A DNA stretch of 64,000 nucleotides from Eledone cirrhosa. Taxonomy: Eukaryota. Below the pieces are notes generated by a model. That model ran no database searches, had not been told where the DNA came from, and saw only the letters and a list, made by a program, of their open reading frames with translations. Below are positions 21,657-32,639 of this stretch, piece after piece. The number at the start of each line of letters is the position of its first letter. The first letter of the stretch is position 1. A program made the position numbers and the translations under genes. The DNA is taken from NCBI GenBank assembly GCA_964016885.1, contig OZ024743.1, positions 262,446,001-262,510,000 on the forward strand. Direction: 5' to 3'.

Positions 21657-23687
21657 TCAATTTCCCCCCTCGTCCTTCTGCATATGAAAGTCTGCTGTCC
21701 AGGTTGGTGGTTTGCGACTTCTTTGCGATCTCCGCAGTGTTGGGGCGGCACTTTGGGTTTCCTCTTCCTCGGAGTCCGTTGACACAGTGATTCTACGGAC
21801 ATCCAGGACATGACGTGGTACTCCGTCCACGGACACATTGTTCTTGGAATTTACGGCCGTCACCGTTACCCTTCCCCATTGAGATGTGCAACGTGCATCT
21901 GGGGACTTAACCCAGACTTCTTCGCCCACCTGCACGAATGCATTCTCTCTCCCCACTGGCCGTTGTGGTGGCGTGCACGGGTGCCGCCACTCGTATCTGA
22001 ATACTGCTCTGTGTGGCACCGATTCCTCAACCTGTCCCACCCGAGGGGACATGTTGTACCAGAACACTGCCTCCATTGGTGAGATATGGCTCCGCTCTGC
22101 CATTGCCTTGATCGTCCGGTGGTGTTGCTCCACAATTCCATTCCCGCTCGGACTGTGCGCTGCTCTAAAGAAACGATCCACCTTCCATCCATCGAGCAAC
22201 TCCCTCAGCGCCTCCTTGCGGAACGCTGCGCTGTTGACCATCAGCAATTCGTCCAGAGGGCCCCGCGCCAAGAACACCTCTCTCAACGTCCGCATGATTT
22301 CCTCGGCCGTTCCAGTCTTCATCTCCCTCCATATCGCCATCCGCCCTGGTCCACAGTCGACCATCGAGAGGTATGTTCCCTGTCGGTAGTGCGTTACATC
22401 CACCGCCAATCGCTTCCAGTCGCGATCCACCGGGAGGCTTCCCGTTTCGTGCACACCCGGGGCGGGATCAATGGACTGACATCGGACGCAGCCTCTAACC
22501 ACCCTTTGAACACTGTGTCTGTTAACCTCTGAGTCGATTCTCCTGGCTAGGAACAGGCTCCTATCCACTCCCATGTGGTGCATGTCATGCAACCCTTTCA
22601 GATCCGACTCGGTCAGCCGACACACGGCAGCTATCTCCTCTTCTACCTCCTCCGGCGCTTCCATCCAGGCCTTCTTCACCCTGGTTAAGACGTCCGCCCT
22701 ATTTTTCCCTGAGGGCACGAAAACTACGCTCAGCCTCAGGTCGAACTCGGTGGCCAGCTCTCCTAAAGTTCCCAGGCGGCGCTTTATCAGCATCTTCGCC
22801 GCCCCTCTCGTTCGCACTCTCTTCTCACTGGTGAGCACTGATCTCACCCATCCGAGTACAGTAGCCGAGTCGGTGCGTATCTCGATGGTGCGCAGTCCCC
22901 ACCTCAGGGCGAGGTTCCCCCCTCTCAACACTGCGTCCAGTTCGGCCACATTGATGTGGTTGCAGTCGTCCTTCTTCCTAAGCCAGGCTGCATCCTCGAC
23001 CTCAACACCTCCTATCTCCAACGTGACACCCAGGGCTATGCTGCTGGCATCGCACCATACGGTCCCGCTCTGCGATTTGGGAACATACCAGCGTCCCCGC
23101 ACTGGCTCGACGGCCTTCACCCTCTCCACGATCTTCTGCATCAGGGCCACCGTCCTCTCTCCCACTCTGTCACTCCACTCGTCTCTTGACATAGCTGCAT
23201 GCCGTCCGGAGCCACCCAGCATCGGGTAGTGACCCACCAACTTTCCACACACCGAGAAAAGCTCCCGCCTACTCATACTTGGGCCCAGTTCTGGAACTTC
23301 ATTTCCCCTCTGGAATACCAAGACACCCGTCCTGTCTCGCCGTAGCCTAAGTCCCAGCGCGGCTCCTCCCTCCAACGCTTCTGACGGCTTTGCAGCCAGT
23401 CCATACCCCTGTAAATGGCTCGTGACCTCCGCCGCCGACACTACAGACTCGTCCACTAGGATGTCGTCAATGTAGGAGTTAGTGGCCCACTTCATCTTGT
23501 CGGCCTTTCCCAGAATGGTCTTGAGGACCGCCGCCATGATATTCGGTGCGGAGCTCAGCCCGAAACCGAGTCTGGTCAGGCAATATGTCCGGCCGTTATA
23601 CCTGACCAGCTGATACTGCCAGAGCTTCTCATTTATATGCAATTGCAAGTATGCCGACTTTGATCTACGATTGCTGAACGTCTCCAC
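21657..23687 (-). CDS. pol: pol C-terminal part: RT (YIDD), RNase H, integrase
   Basis: KSAYLQL, RLGFGLSSAP, YIDDIL; VWCDAS, HINVAELDAV, TDS; HHCC zinc finger HDMHH..CVRC, AVDVTH, GNGIVE. The second integrase Asp appears mutated (LMVNS). Confidence 0.9.
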   Translation of the reverse strand: METFSNRRSKSAYLQLHINEKLWQYQLVRYNGRTYCLTRLGFGLSSAPNIMAAVLKTILGKADKMKWATNSYIDDILVDESVVSAAEVTSHLQGYGLAAKPSEALEGGAALGLRLRRDRTGVLVFQRGNEVPELGPSMSRRELFSVCGKLVGHYPMLGGSGRHAAMSRDEWSDRVGERTVALMQKIVERVKAVEPVRGRWYVPKSQSGTVWCDASSIALGVTLEIGGVEVEDAAWLRKKDDCNHINVAELDAVLRGGNLALRWGLRTIEIRTDSATVLGWVRSVLTSEKRVRTRGAAKMLIKRRLGTLGELATEFDLRLSVVFVPSGKNRADVLTRVKKAWMEAPEEVEEEIAAVCRLTESDLKGLHDMHHMGVDRSLFLARRIDSEVNRHSVQRVVRGCVRCQSIDPAPGVHETGSLPVDRDWKRLAVDVTHYRQGTYLSMVDCGPGRMAIWREMKTGTAEEIMRTLREVFLARGPLDELLMVNSAAFRKEALRELLDGWKVDRFFRAAHSPSGNGIVEQHHRTIKAMAERSHISPMEAVFWYNMSPRVGQVEESVPHRAVFRYEWRHPCTPPQRPVGRENAFVQVGEEVWVKSPDARCTSQWGRVTVTAVNSKNNVSVDGVPRHVLDVRRITVSTDSEEEETQSAAPTLRRSQRSRKPPTWTADFHMQKDEGGN

Positions 23688-23734
23688 TCACGCAGGGTTG
23701 CCCCACAGACATCCGTAACTTCGCCACCCGTGTG

Positions 23735-24463
23735 TCATGTCACGTGCTCGTTCAGCTCCCGAAAGTCCAGCACCGGCCTCATCTTGTTCTTTGTGGGTTG
23801 CGCCACCGCCATTAACGGCAATACTCCGCACTTCACCTCCTCTTTCCAGGGAAGCAGTATGCCCTCCTCAATCCATCTCTCTACCTCTCGCTCGAACTCA
23901 CTCCTAATGTCTCCCTTCAATGTGTGTTGATAGAAGCCCACTTTGGTCTTCAGTGTTGGTAGTTCTCCCTTCCAGTACCACTCAACAACCCATCGAACAC
24001 GGCCTTGAAGTCTTTGTCCTGCACAGTGTAAGCGGGGTATTTCTCCTCGTGGGCCTTCTGGTTCTCCTGTCGCGTACTCATAGCGCATACCGATGCAGCG
24101 CCGCCAAACGACACACCGACGCTGTTCACTGAGACGCCTCTTAGACGGCCAATTGCCCATAACAACGCCGATCCCATCCACCACGTTGTCAACTACGATG
24201 GCAGAAAGCCTTATTTTCCTTCCCCGAACCGCCATCTCCACCTCGCTGCGACCTCGGCATTCAATTTTCCTGCCGTCGACAGCCCTTACGCTGCTCTTCC
24301 CTCTCCACCTCTGCGCCACCCCCGCGGTCACCAGTGTCGTCGTACAGCCCGTGTCCACGAGGGCTCGCCGTGGCTTTCCCCTCACGAAGACTTCCACCAC
24401 GGGCAGCGCCTCTACTCGTAAGGGGCAACTACCGGCGCAGTAGTTCCCCTTGGATCGTTTCCC
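23735..24463 (-). CDS. pol: pol N-terminal part: aspartic protease and RT start (frameshifted)
   Basis: ALVDTGCTTTLV protease site and KMRPVLDFRELN RT motif; the frame is open from the GGGAAAC slippery site. Confidence 0.85.
   Translation of the reverse strand, partial: GKRSKGNYCAGSCPLRVEALPVVEVFVRGKPRRALVDTGCTTTLVTAGVAQRWRGKSSVRAVDGRKIECRGRSEVEMAVRGRKIRLSAIVVDNVVDGIGVVMGNWPSKRRLSEQRRCVVWRRCIGMRYEYATGEPEGPRGEIPRLHCAGQRLQGRVRWVVEWYWKGELPTLKTKVGFYQHTLKGDIRSEFEREVERWIEEGILLPWKEEVKCGVLPLMAVAQPTKNKMRPVLDFRELNEHVT
24406..24463 (-). promoter_or_regulatory. -1 programmed ribosomal frameshift signal (slippery heptamer plus H-type pseudoknot)
   Basis: G_GGA_AAC (24463-24457), a 5-nt spacer, stem 1 AAGGGGAACTAC / GTAGTT-G-CCCCTT, and loop GCGCC complementary to downstream GGCGC. 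Confidence 0.8.
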
Positions 24464-25172
24464 TGGTCGCAGTTAGTAGCGATGTGACTTGGTCGCTTAC
24501 ACCGGTAGCATATTATTTCCGGCCTTGACTCTTTACAGTCTCTTGCCATGTGCGGGCCCTGGCACCTAAAACAGCGACCTCTAAACGTTCGCGGGCGACC
24601 GCGTGCCGTGGTTGCCTCCCTTTCACCATTTCGCTGCCAGCTGTCTTGAGCCTCTGTAGTTGCTATCGCCGCGACACTCTTCTTGGCATCTTCTGCTATG
24701 ATACGGACTTGCTCCACCAGTGCATGCATCTCCATTTCTTTGTAACCCAGGACTTGCTGCAGTTTCACCGCTATGTCATCTGGAAATCCATTTATGAACG
24801 CCAACCGCACCGTGCGTTCGCATTCCACCTGATATCCAACCAACATGGCCAATCGCCGTATTTCCGCTGCGAAAATGTCAACGCGTTCACCGTTCCATCT
24901 AATTCTTGTAGCTTAGCAAAAACGGCTAACAGTCCTTCTGCGAACGCTTCCATCATGCGCCTCTCAATATTTTGCGCATCCCTTTGGCTGTGTTCATCCA
25001 ACTCAAGGAAGAGTACCAACGCGTCCCCCTCGAGGTACAGTGCCATGAGGCCAGCCACATCTTCTATCTTCTGTAAGCTTGCGACCAGCCGGACTTTTCG
25101 CAGCCAAGTGACAACATCGCCTTCGCCGGTAAATGCCCTAATCGCTTCGCTCGTTCGTAGTCTCGTCGCCAT
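24412..25172 (-). CDS. gag: gag with two zinc knuckles (one internal frameshift)
   Basis: FTGEGDVVTWLRK..LYLEGDAL N-terminus; CFRCQGPHMARDC and CYRCKRPSHIATNC. Confidence 0.85.
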
Positions 25173-25347
25173 ATCCTAATTTGTCTTGCGGTACGTAATA
25201 AAAAAAAACAACAGTCTCTTCTCTGTTTTTCCAGTAGCTTTGTTTTCGAGAAAGTTTTTTTTTTTTTTTTTTTCAATCAGATCTCAGTTTCCAGTGCCGA
25301 AATAGCTTGTGGTTAGAAAAAGCTATCTCACTTACTGCTTTTCATAG

Positions 25348-25561
25348 GCGCCGCTAAATCCCATGGCTAGTTTCTCCTCTTCCACGTGCGTCCAACTCAT
25401 TAACACCCGGGAGCTGCCAAACTCGCGTCCACACCGTTCCTGGTCACCACTAGAGAGAGACTGATCTGCTGGCCCTTCCGGTCGAGCACCCTTCCGGCCA
25501 AGCACCCTTCCGGTCAAGCACTCCCCAGCTTCCGGCCACCGCACACCACATCATACCCGCA
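25348..25561 (-). repeat. 5' LTR
   Basis: Direct repeat of 21418-21636; four CCGGAAG motifs followed by an Inr-like TCAGT. Confidence 0.9.
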
Positions 25562-25722
25562 GGCTGGACGCCATGTTTTCTAGCATAGTTACGTCCCTTT
25601 ACAGTCTGAGTTCAAATCCCGCCGAAGTTAACTTTGCCTTTCATCCTTACGGGGTCGATAAAATAAAGTACCAGTAATGTACTGGGTAATTGCTGGCTTT
25701 GTGCCTAAAGTAGAAACAATTA
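25562..25722 (+). mobile_element. SINE S1 copy lacking its first ~20 nt, abutting the LTR
   Basis: GGACGCCATG...GAGTTCAAATCCCGCCGAAGTTAACTTTGCCTTTCATCCTTACGGGGTCGATAAA. Confidence 0.8.
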
Positions 25723-25729
25723 TATTAAA

Positions 25730-26349
25730 CTAGCAGAAAAACCACCCTTCGAGTGGTTTTCTGCTTGCTTGTGTAGTGTGTATATTGATATTATACGCAA
25801 GTATATATGCATGTAGATATGATACATCAAATAAAACCGTAATTGACAATATACACAGAAATTGAACGAAAACTGTGTTACACTCTCTTATGTAATCAGT
25901 AACGTAATCCATGATACATTAAAAAAGACGATATTATATATCTGCTAGCATGTGTAGTGTGTATATTGATATTATACACAAGTATATATGCATGTAGATA
26001 TGATCAAATAAAATCGTAATTGACAATATACACAGAAATTGAACGAAGACTGTGTTACACTGTCTTATGTAATCAGTAACGTAATCCATGATACATTAAA
26101 AAAAGACGATATTATATATAAACTGCATTAGGAGAAAATTAGTGACAGAAATATATATTTATTTAAACGATCACTAACCGGAAGTGTTGACATTTGAAAA
26201 TTTTAAAGAATTGAATCTTTAAATTTAGTGGATAAATTATGTAATATTCATTCATTATTTATTCAAAGTAATCCAACTTATTTTACTAAAGGGATAAAAA
26301 ATTATAAACCGTACGCAGTCCCGCGCTTCTTACTTTATTATAGTTTAGA
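25730..26349 (-). mobile_element. Complete non-autonomous Helitron H2 with an internal ~175-bp tandem duplication
   Basis: Plus strand reads A|CTAG...GA|T (TC...CTAG on minus). Hairpin AGCAGAAAAACCAC-CCTTCGA-GTGGTTTTCTGCT. Duplicated block ~25765-25940 / ~25941-26120. Confidence 0.85.
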
Positions 26350-26589
26350 TTTTTATACAAATGAGTTTTAGAAAAAAAGAGTTAAACTGTGTTGTTAATA
26401 AATAAATAAAAAGTTGTACTTCATTTTACTCTCGAACTGTTTGACTGTATGTATGTGTTTGTGTAAATGTATATGTGTGAATGTATATCCGTGGGCGTGT
26501 GTTTTTGTAAGTTTGTGTTTGCACGATTATAGTTATGTACGTATATGCAAATACACACACATACTCGTCAGCGTGTTGAAAAATACTAA

Positions 26590-26718
<129 letters not shown>

Positions 26719-26859
26719 ACACCATCACTCTATCTATCTGTATCTCTCTCATCACACACTCTCTCTTTCTATATATATGGTAGTTGTGGTGGCGGCGGCG
26801 ATATACCAGAAGTGTAGAAATTTGAAACTTAAAAGAAGTCAATTTTAAATAAACAATAA

Positions 26860-26982
26860 AATTATTTATATTTAATCAAGCGTTACGAAATTTAGTACAT
26901 AATTATGTAATATTCATTCATTATTTATTCAAAGAAATAAATCGGATGCTGTCCCGCACCCCTCTCTTTATTATAGTATAGA
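26860..26982 (-). mobile_element. Helitron H2-related 5' end fragment
   Basis: ATTATGTAATATTCATTCATTATTTATTCAAAG...GTCCCGC...TTTATTATAGTATAGA|T. Confidence 0.55.
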
Positions 26983-27256
26983 TTTGTAGGGCGCTTGCCC
27001 TAGGGGTGCGGGTCACCGTGGCTTTTTGTGGGCTTTCTCCACAAGTTACCCTCGGAAGTCTCGCCCCTATTGGGGAATTTTTCCTTTGTTTTCTTTTTTT
27101 GTTACCTCCATTGCTTTTGTTTTTTATATATATAATTTTGTTTCTTTTTACACGCAGAAATGCCCATTTGTACTGTCCTGTACCGCCCTTAATGCTATAC
27201 TTTATGTCAACTCTTGTGGTTGATAAAGAAAACATTATTTGTAGTAGTAGTAGTAA

Positions 27257-27427
27257 TAATTGTTTCTACGTTTGGCACAAGGCCAGCAATTACCCAGTGC
27301 ATTACTGGTACTTTATTTTATCGACCCCGTAAGGATGAAAGGCAAAGTTAACCTCGGCGGGATTTGAACTCAGAATGCGTCAAAGCATGGCGTCCGACCC
27401 TCTACCAATACTGCCAATCCACCGCCC
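27257..27427 (-). mobile_element. SINE S1 copy (young)
   Basis: Near-identical to 46644-46826 apart from an internal deletion. Confidence 0.85.
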
Positions 27428-27443
27428 GTAGTAGTAGTAATGA

Positions 27444-28141
27444 TATAATGGAATACTCCTATGTTTTACTGGCGAAGATTCGAAACCGAATCTGAGGTTT
27501 CTCGCCTCTAGAACCACGTATGGTTTGGGAGGTTCCCACCATTGTCTTGTCAAAAGACAACGATGATAAACGTACATATCACTTGACCTGGGACCCCAGC
27601 TTCCTGAGAGACGATATCCACATGGCTGATCATAAATCAACCCCATATACACATCCTTCTAGCTATAGCATTATTATAAATACAAGGACTTGGGGAACCC
27701 AGCAGCCAGACTACGAAACAAGCAGTCCGTGTTAAGGTGAACGATGTAGCAGACCTTTTACTCTTTCTCTGTCCTGGCCTTACTGGCTTTCACCTTCTCG
27801 GCCACAGACTACAAGCAGTCCTTTAGACAAATAACGTATTCTAAGAATAGACACACACACATAGTAAGTGTCATATTATTTACTTCTAAGCAAGCTCCAT
27901 CTATTCTTCCATCTCCCTGTCATATTGTATTGTCGTATTGATACATCCATACACGCTAGCTCGAAGTTCCTAGCCAGCAATTAATGTAGTGATGCAATTA
28001 ATGTAGTGATAAATCCTGTCATAAATATTATTACTCGATGTTCAAAATGAATATTGTTATTGTAAAATAAACATTGTTAACTTCACAATTCTGGCATTCT
28101 TTTTATCATACATCCATCAAAGAATACATTTATCCACTACA
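27444..28141 (+). mobile_element. Possible solo LTR
   Basis: Ends TATAATGGA...TCCACTACA (imperfect inverted termini), TATAAA near 27675, AATAAA near 28066, and flanks ATGA/ATAA. Confidence 0.4.
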
Positions 28142-28159
28142 ATAATATTATTATTATTA

Positions 28160-30262
28160 AATGTTCATGGCCTGGGGTGTCACCCTGGAAGCAGGTTCGC
28201 CTGCTCAACGACCTCAGGTCTCTGGAAATGGATGTGATTGCCGTCAGCGAGACCACGATTTCAACACGCGCGCACTAGCCCCCATTTTCGACGACTATCA
28301 GATCTTCACATCTGTTAGCAGGCCGGGATTGGGAAGTGGGGTAGCAGTGCTGTTTAGGAAAGGCCTGGATCTCGAGGTAAGGTCGATCTTTCGGGACCCA
28401 GACGGTAAGTTGGTGGTCCTGGATGTGAACAATAGCGAAGTTGGTACCTTTAGACTGCTGGCCGTCTACGCCCATACTGGGGCCGGACGACCGGACTTTT
28501 TAGATGTCTGGAAGCCTTTCTGGGTACGTCTCGCCCTTTACTGTTAGCGGTGGACTGGAACGGCATATTAGATGCACACTCGGATTGTGTGGGAGTAGCT
28601 GATAGGAGCGGGGGATGCAAAAGCCTCAAGTACCTAATCAGCCAGTTCCAACTGTCTGACAGGTACCAACTAGATTTCCCCAATGCGCCAGTGTGGACAT
28701 GGACCAACCGCATAGGGTCATCTATATCATATATAGACAGGATCTTCATTAGGAAAATAAATAGAATAGCGTAGGTTGCCCACTTTTTAAAATGGTCGCC
28801 TGTTCAGATCACAAATTTGTGATCTGTATGGTCGACCTAGATAAAATGCATAGGTTAGGACCTGGTTACAGGAAGCTGAACATGTCATTTCTGGCACGTA
28901 AGGCTTACAGGTACTGAGTCAACAATTTAGTTAAGCAAAAGTTGACAGAGGGGATCGTCAACAACATATGGTGGTGGTGGGGGGGGGGTCTCAAAAGAGA
29001 GACTAGAGTAACTTCGATAGGGTTTAGCAAAGAAGTAGCGTTAGAGAAAAATAGGAGGGGGAGCTGGTAAATAAGTTAGACGAGGCTATTTGTAGTGGCA
29101 TTGCAACACATGTGGTAGCAGCGAGAATGGCATTAGACCATTTCTTCAATGTGAAACACGAAGGTTGCATTGTCAGAGCTAAGGAGCATGCGCTGAGAAA
29201 CGAGGGAACCAAAGCTGTTCGATGAGCCCACATGACAGAGGCGCGGCGTGGTAATAAAACCACAATTCGGTCTTTGACAGACCACAAGATGAGCGATTCC
29301 AAGCGGATGTGTGAGGCCTTTTGCCAGCACTTTGCTCGGTTGTTCGGGGAGAGTGGAGGGTCAGAGACAGTAGCGGACTTCAGTCCCTACCTTGACGGCT
29401 TGCCGCGCATCTTGATGGTCAATGCTGAACGCTGCGAAAGGCTGATTACTTCAGCCGAAATTCAGGACTCCCTTGTTGGCTGCATGAGGCACAAGTCACC
29501 CAGTTTCGATGGCCTGCCCTACGAGCTTTACGTAAATATGCCAGACTTGTTCTCTGATCTCCTTGAAGCGCTCTACTGAAACTGGCAGCAGAGGGATACA
29601 TTAGACAACTTCAGGCCCATAATTCTGCTCAACACAGTTTAAGATTTTGGCCAAGGTGGTGTTAGAAAAGAGGTTGGTGCTTGTCATCGAGGATTTGGTT
29701 GGGGAGGTGCAAACTTGCGCAATCCCAACCAGGTCCATACATGACAACCGCCACCTCATGCAATATATCATGGAGAAGGTAGGGCGTAAACCTGGCTTCG
29801 GTGGGGCACTGATCAATTTAGATCAATCGAAAGCATTCGATAGGGTTGACCATCGGTACCTAGAAGCTGTCCCCAAAGCAGCTTGCTTCGGTCCCATCTT
29901 CAGAAGCTGAATCGCTGCAATGCACAGCAGCATCTGCTCGGTGGTTAAGGTTAATGGCCACCTCACGGACCTGTTTCAGGTCTCCTGATCGGTCTATCAA
30001 GGGTGCCCTCTCTCTTCCCTTCTGTACGTATTGACTCTCGAGCCTTTACTCCGGAAGCTGGAGCTGTTGCAGGGCATCCTGCTCGAACTGAGACATGGAA
30101 AGGCTGTGTCGGCTTATGAGGACGACATCACCGTGATGGTGTAGGACACCTCAGAAATCGAGGTGGTCGGCACCTTATTAGATAAGTATGAATGGTTGAC
30201 GGGAGCGAAACTTAACCCGGAAAAGTCGGTGGGCTTGCAGCTCGGCACTTGGAGAGGCAAAT
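28160..30262 (+). mobile_element. Tx1/L1-clade LINE, decayed ORF2 (APE and RT), 3'-truncated
   Basis: GSGVAVLF, GKLVVLDV, VYA, DWN, WTW..SYIDR, SDH (APE); KSPSFDGLPYE, NFRPI, LDQSKAFDRVDH, QGCPLS (RT). Confidence 0.9.
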
Positions 30263-30524
30263 CCTCTTCCTCTACTGTCTTCCTTTCACTGGGATTTCTT
30301 TGCACTTCTTCATCTTCCATGCACATCACATGGCCATACCAACACAGACTTCTCTCCCGCACACTACAGTTTATCCCTCTTATGCACAGTTTCACTCTCA
30401 ACTCAACCACACTTGGTCATTCATGCACATTGACATTGTTGTTCTTATTGTATAAACTCTGCTCTGCATCAAGTACTGACCTTGGTTCTCTCACCAGTTC
30501 TCTTCGGATTTACTGAACCTTCTA

Positions 30525-30525
<1 letters not shown>
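30262..30525 (-). mobile_element. RTE ORF2 C-terminal fragment
   Basis: ELRVKLCIRGINCSVRERSLCWYGHVMCM. Confidence 0.75.
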
Positions 30526-30621
<96 letters not shown>

Positions 30622-30715
30622 ATATATATAGTAATAATAAATACGAAGACCAAAATCAGAAGATCCCATAATAGGGTGAAAGCAGCGATTCTTTGCTTAA
30701 ATTTTAATTTGTACT

Positions 30716-30767
<52 letters not shown>

Positions 30768-30769
<2 letters not shown>

Positions 30770-30970
30770 CGGTAACACGGTAAAAAGCTCCCAATCCACA
30801 CTGTAAATGTGGTTGGTATTAGGAAGGGCATCCAGCCGTAGAAAACCAGCCAGATAGTCCTATATAAGTGAGACACGGCCACCTGACTATTCTTGCCTCA
30901 AGTGGGACAACTCCCGTCTAACCCATGCTAGCGTAGAAGATAGACGTTAAACGATGATAATGAGGATGAT
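30768..30970 (+). mobile_element. RTE family A 3' tail (5'-truncated)
   Basis: Matches 53305-53500; (GAT)n tail, microsatellite-flanked. Confidence 0.85.
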
Positions 30971-30973
30971 ATA

Positions 30974-32045
30974 TAATAATAATGAAAATATTGTGTACAG
31001 TGCTCAGGTGCACTACAACTCATCGAAAAGTGTATGTATAGTACATAGGGTAATGTACAAACGTCAGGAAAATGAACAGTGCATGAGTCATGATATACAC
31101 ATGTGTGCATGTGTATGGAAGGGGGACATCAGGTGTAGTTTTGGCGAATTTTGGGAAGCATGAGGGTTTTAAAGGATGCAGTGTCTTGGCAGCTAACAAC
31201 TGACGCAGGCAGTTTGTTCCATGCTTCAGCAACTCTGAGCGTGAAAAAATGTTTCCGAAAGTCATGGGAGCTGTGCTGTTTTCTGATTTTGTAGGCATGT
31301 CTACGTGTGTTAGACACATGGAGGTCAAAAAGGTGCTCAGGGTTGTTGTTGGCGAGATGGTTAATAACTTTGTGAGTGTTTACCAAGTCCATTGCCAGAC
31401 GTCGGAGCTTCAATGAATCCATGACCAGGGAAGCAAGGCGTTCAGAGTATGGTAGATGTCTGATGGAGGGTATGCACTTGGTTGCACGTCTCTGAACAGT
31501 TTCCAGGAGGTCAATGTTCTGAGCAAGATAGGGGTTCCAGACTGATGATGCGAATTCCAAGTCGTACCATAGCTGTATATAGCTTTAAATAGATGGCTGG
31601 AGAGCGGCTAACAAAGGTCTTGCTGAGTGATGCCAAGACACCCTCGGCCTTCTTGACAATCTTAGAGACATGCTTTGTCCAATGCAAATCGCTGCTGACC
31701 GTAATGCCCAGGTCACGTTCACAAGGGGACTTCTTGATATCAGTGTTGTGGAGGGAGTATGTGGACGCTGGATTTTTCCTCCCAAAATGCATGGTGGTAC
31801 ACTTGTCCACAGCCAGCTTCAGTTGCCTGTCTGTGATCCATTGCTGCATTGTGTCCAGGTCTGATTGTAGGAAAGAGTTGTAGATTTCAGGATCAGCCCT
31901 TTTGATTTCAAGGTACAGCTTGATGTCATCTGCATATTTCAGTACCGTGGCATTCTTTAAGTTGGCATCTATGTCATTAATATATGCCACAAACAAAAGG
32001 GGACCAAGAACAGATCCCTGTGGTACACCAGATCACATCTCATAT
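30974..32045 (-). mobile_element. CR1 LINE, 5'-truncated
   Basis: GVPQGSVLGPLLF, YADD, ERDLG, LETVQRRATK and FFTLRVAEAWN motifs, (ATT)n tail; near-identical to 56560-57635. Confidence 0.92.
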
Positions 32046-32118
32046 TCGATAAAGTAAAGTACCAGTATTACACTGGGATAATTGCTGGCCTTGTGCCAAA
32101 AATAGAAACAATTATTAT

Positions 32119-32619
32119 TAGAATCTAATCTCTCTTTTTTTCTCTCAGATTTTCAATTAATATTTCAAATGTTTTTAATAATATGCCTCATTGTGTTGGG
32201 CCCTTCCTAAAAACTAACCTTCTAAAGTTTCCCCATTGTTATTATTATTGTACTTATTATTGTTCTAGAATTTTCCTCTCCTCGCTCCCTCTCATTGTTT
32301 ATACGCTTGCACTTTCTCACCCCACCCCTCTCTCCGCAAGTATAAAATAAACCCTGTAGGGTTCTAAGGCCATAATTTATCTATCTAATCTCTCTTTACG
32401 GCCAATTTGTCGATTTGAGAAATGTAAGCAAAACACTTTGTCATTCCATTTTTCGTAGTCCATTTGACCAGTGTCATTTAAACTTTATTTATGTCTGTTT
32501 AGAATCTAATCTCCCTTTTTTCTCTCGGATTTCCAATTAATATTTCACATATTTTTAATAATATGCCTCATTCTGTTGGGCCCTTCCTAAAAACTAACCT
32601 TCTCCTAAAGTTACCCATT
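32119..32619 (+). repeat. ~120-bp direct repeat with 381-bp spacing
   Basis: TAGAATCTAATCTC...GGGCCCTTCCTAAAAACTAACCTTCT at 32119-32237 and 32500-32619. Confidence 0.85.
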
Positions 32620-32639
32620 TACTGCCCTCCCACCCCCAC

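Larger units (their letters stand above)
21418..25561 (-). mobile_element. Gypsy-like LTR retrotransposon, near full length but defective
   Basis: Two highly similar ~215-bp LTRs that start TG on the minus strand, a PPT-like CAGGGGGGCG next to the 3' LTR, and domain order gag-PR-RT-RH-IN. Confidence 0.95.

Noticed and set aside
21886-25179. Long plus-strand ORFs (167, 218 and 209 aa)
   Set aside because: They are antisense shadows of the GC-rich gag/pol frames and carry no independent motifs.
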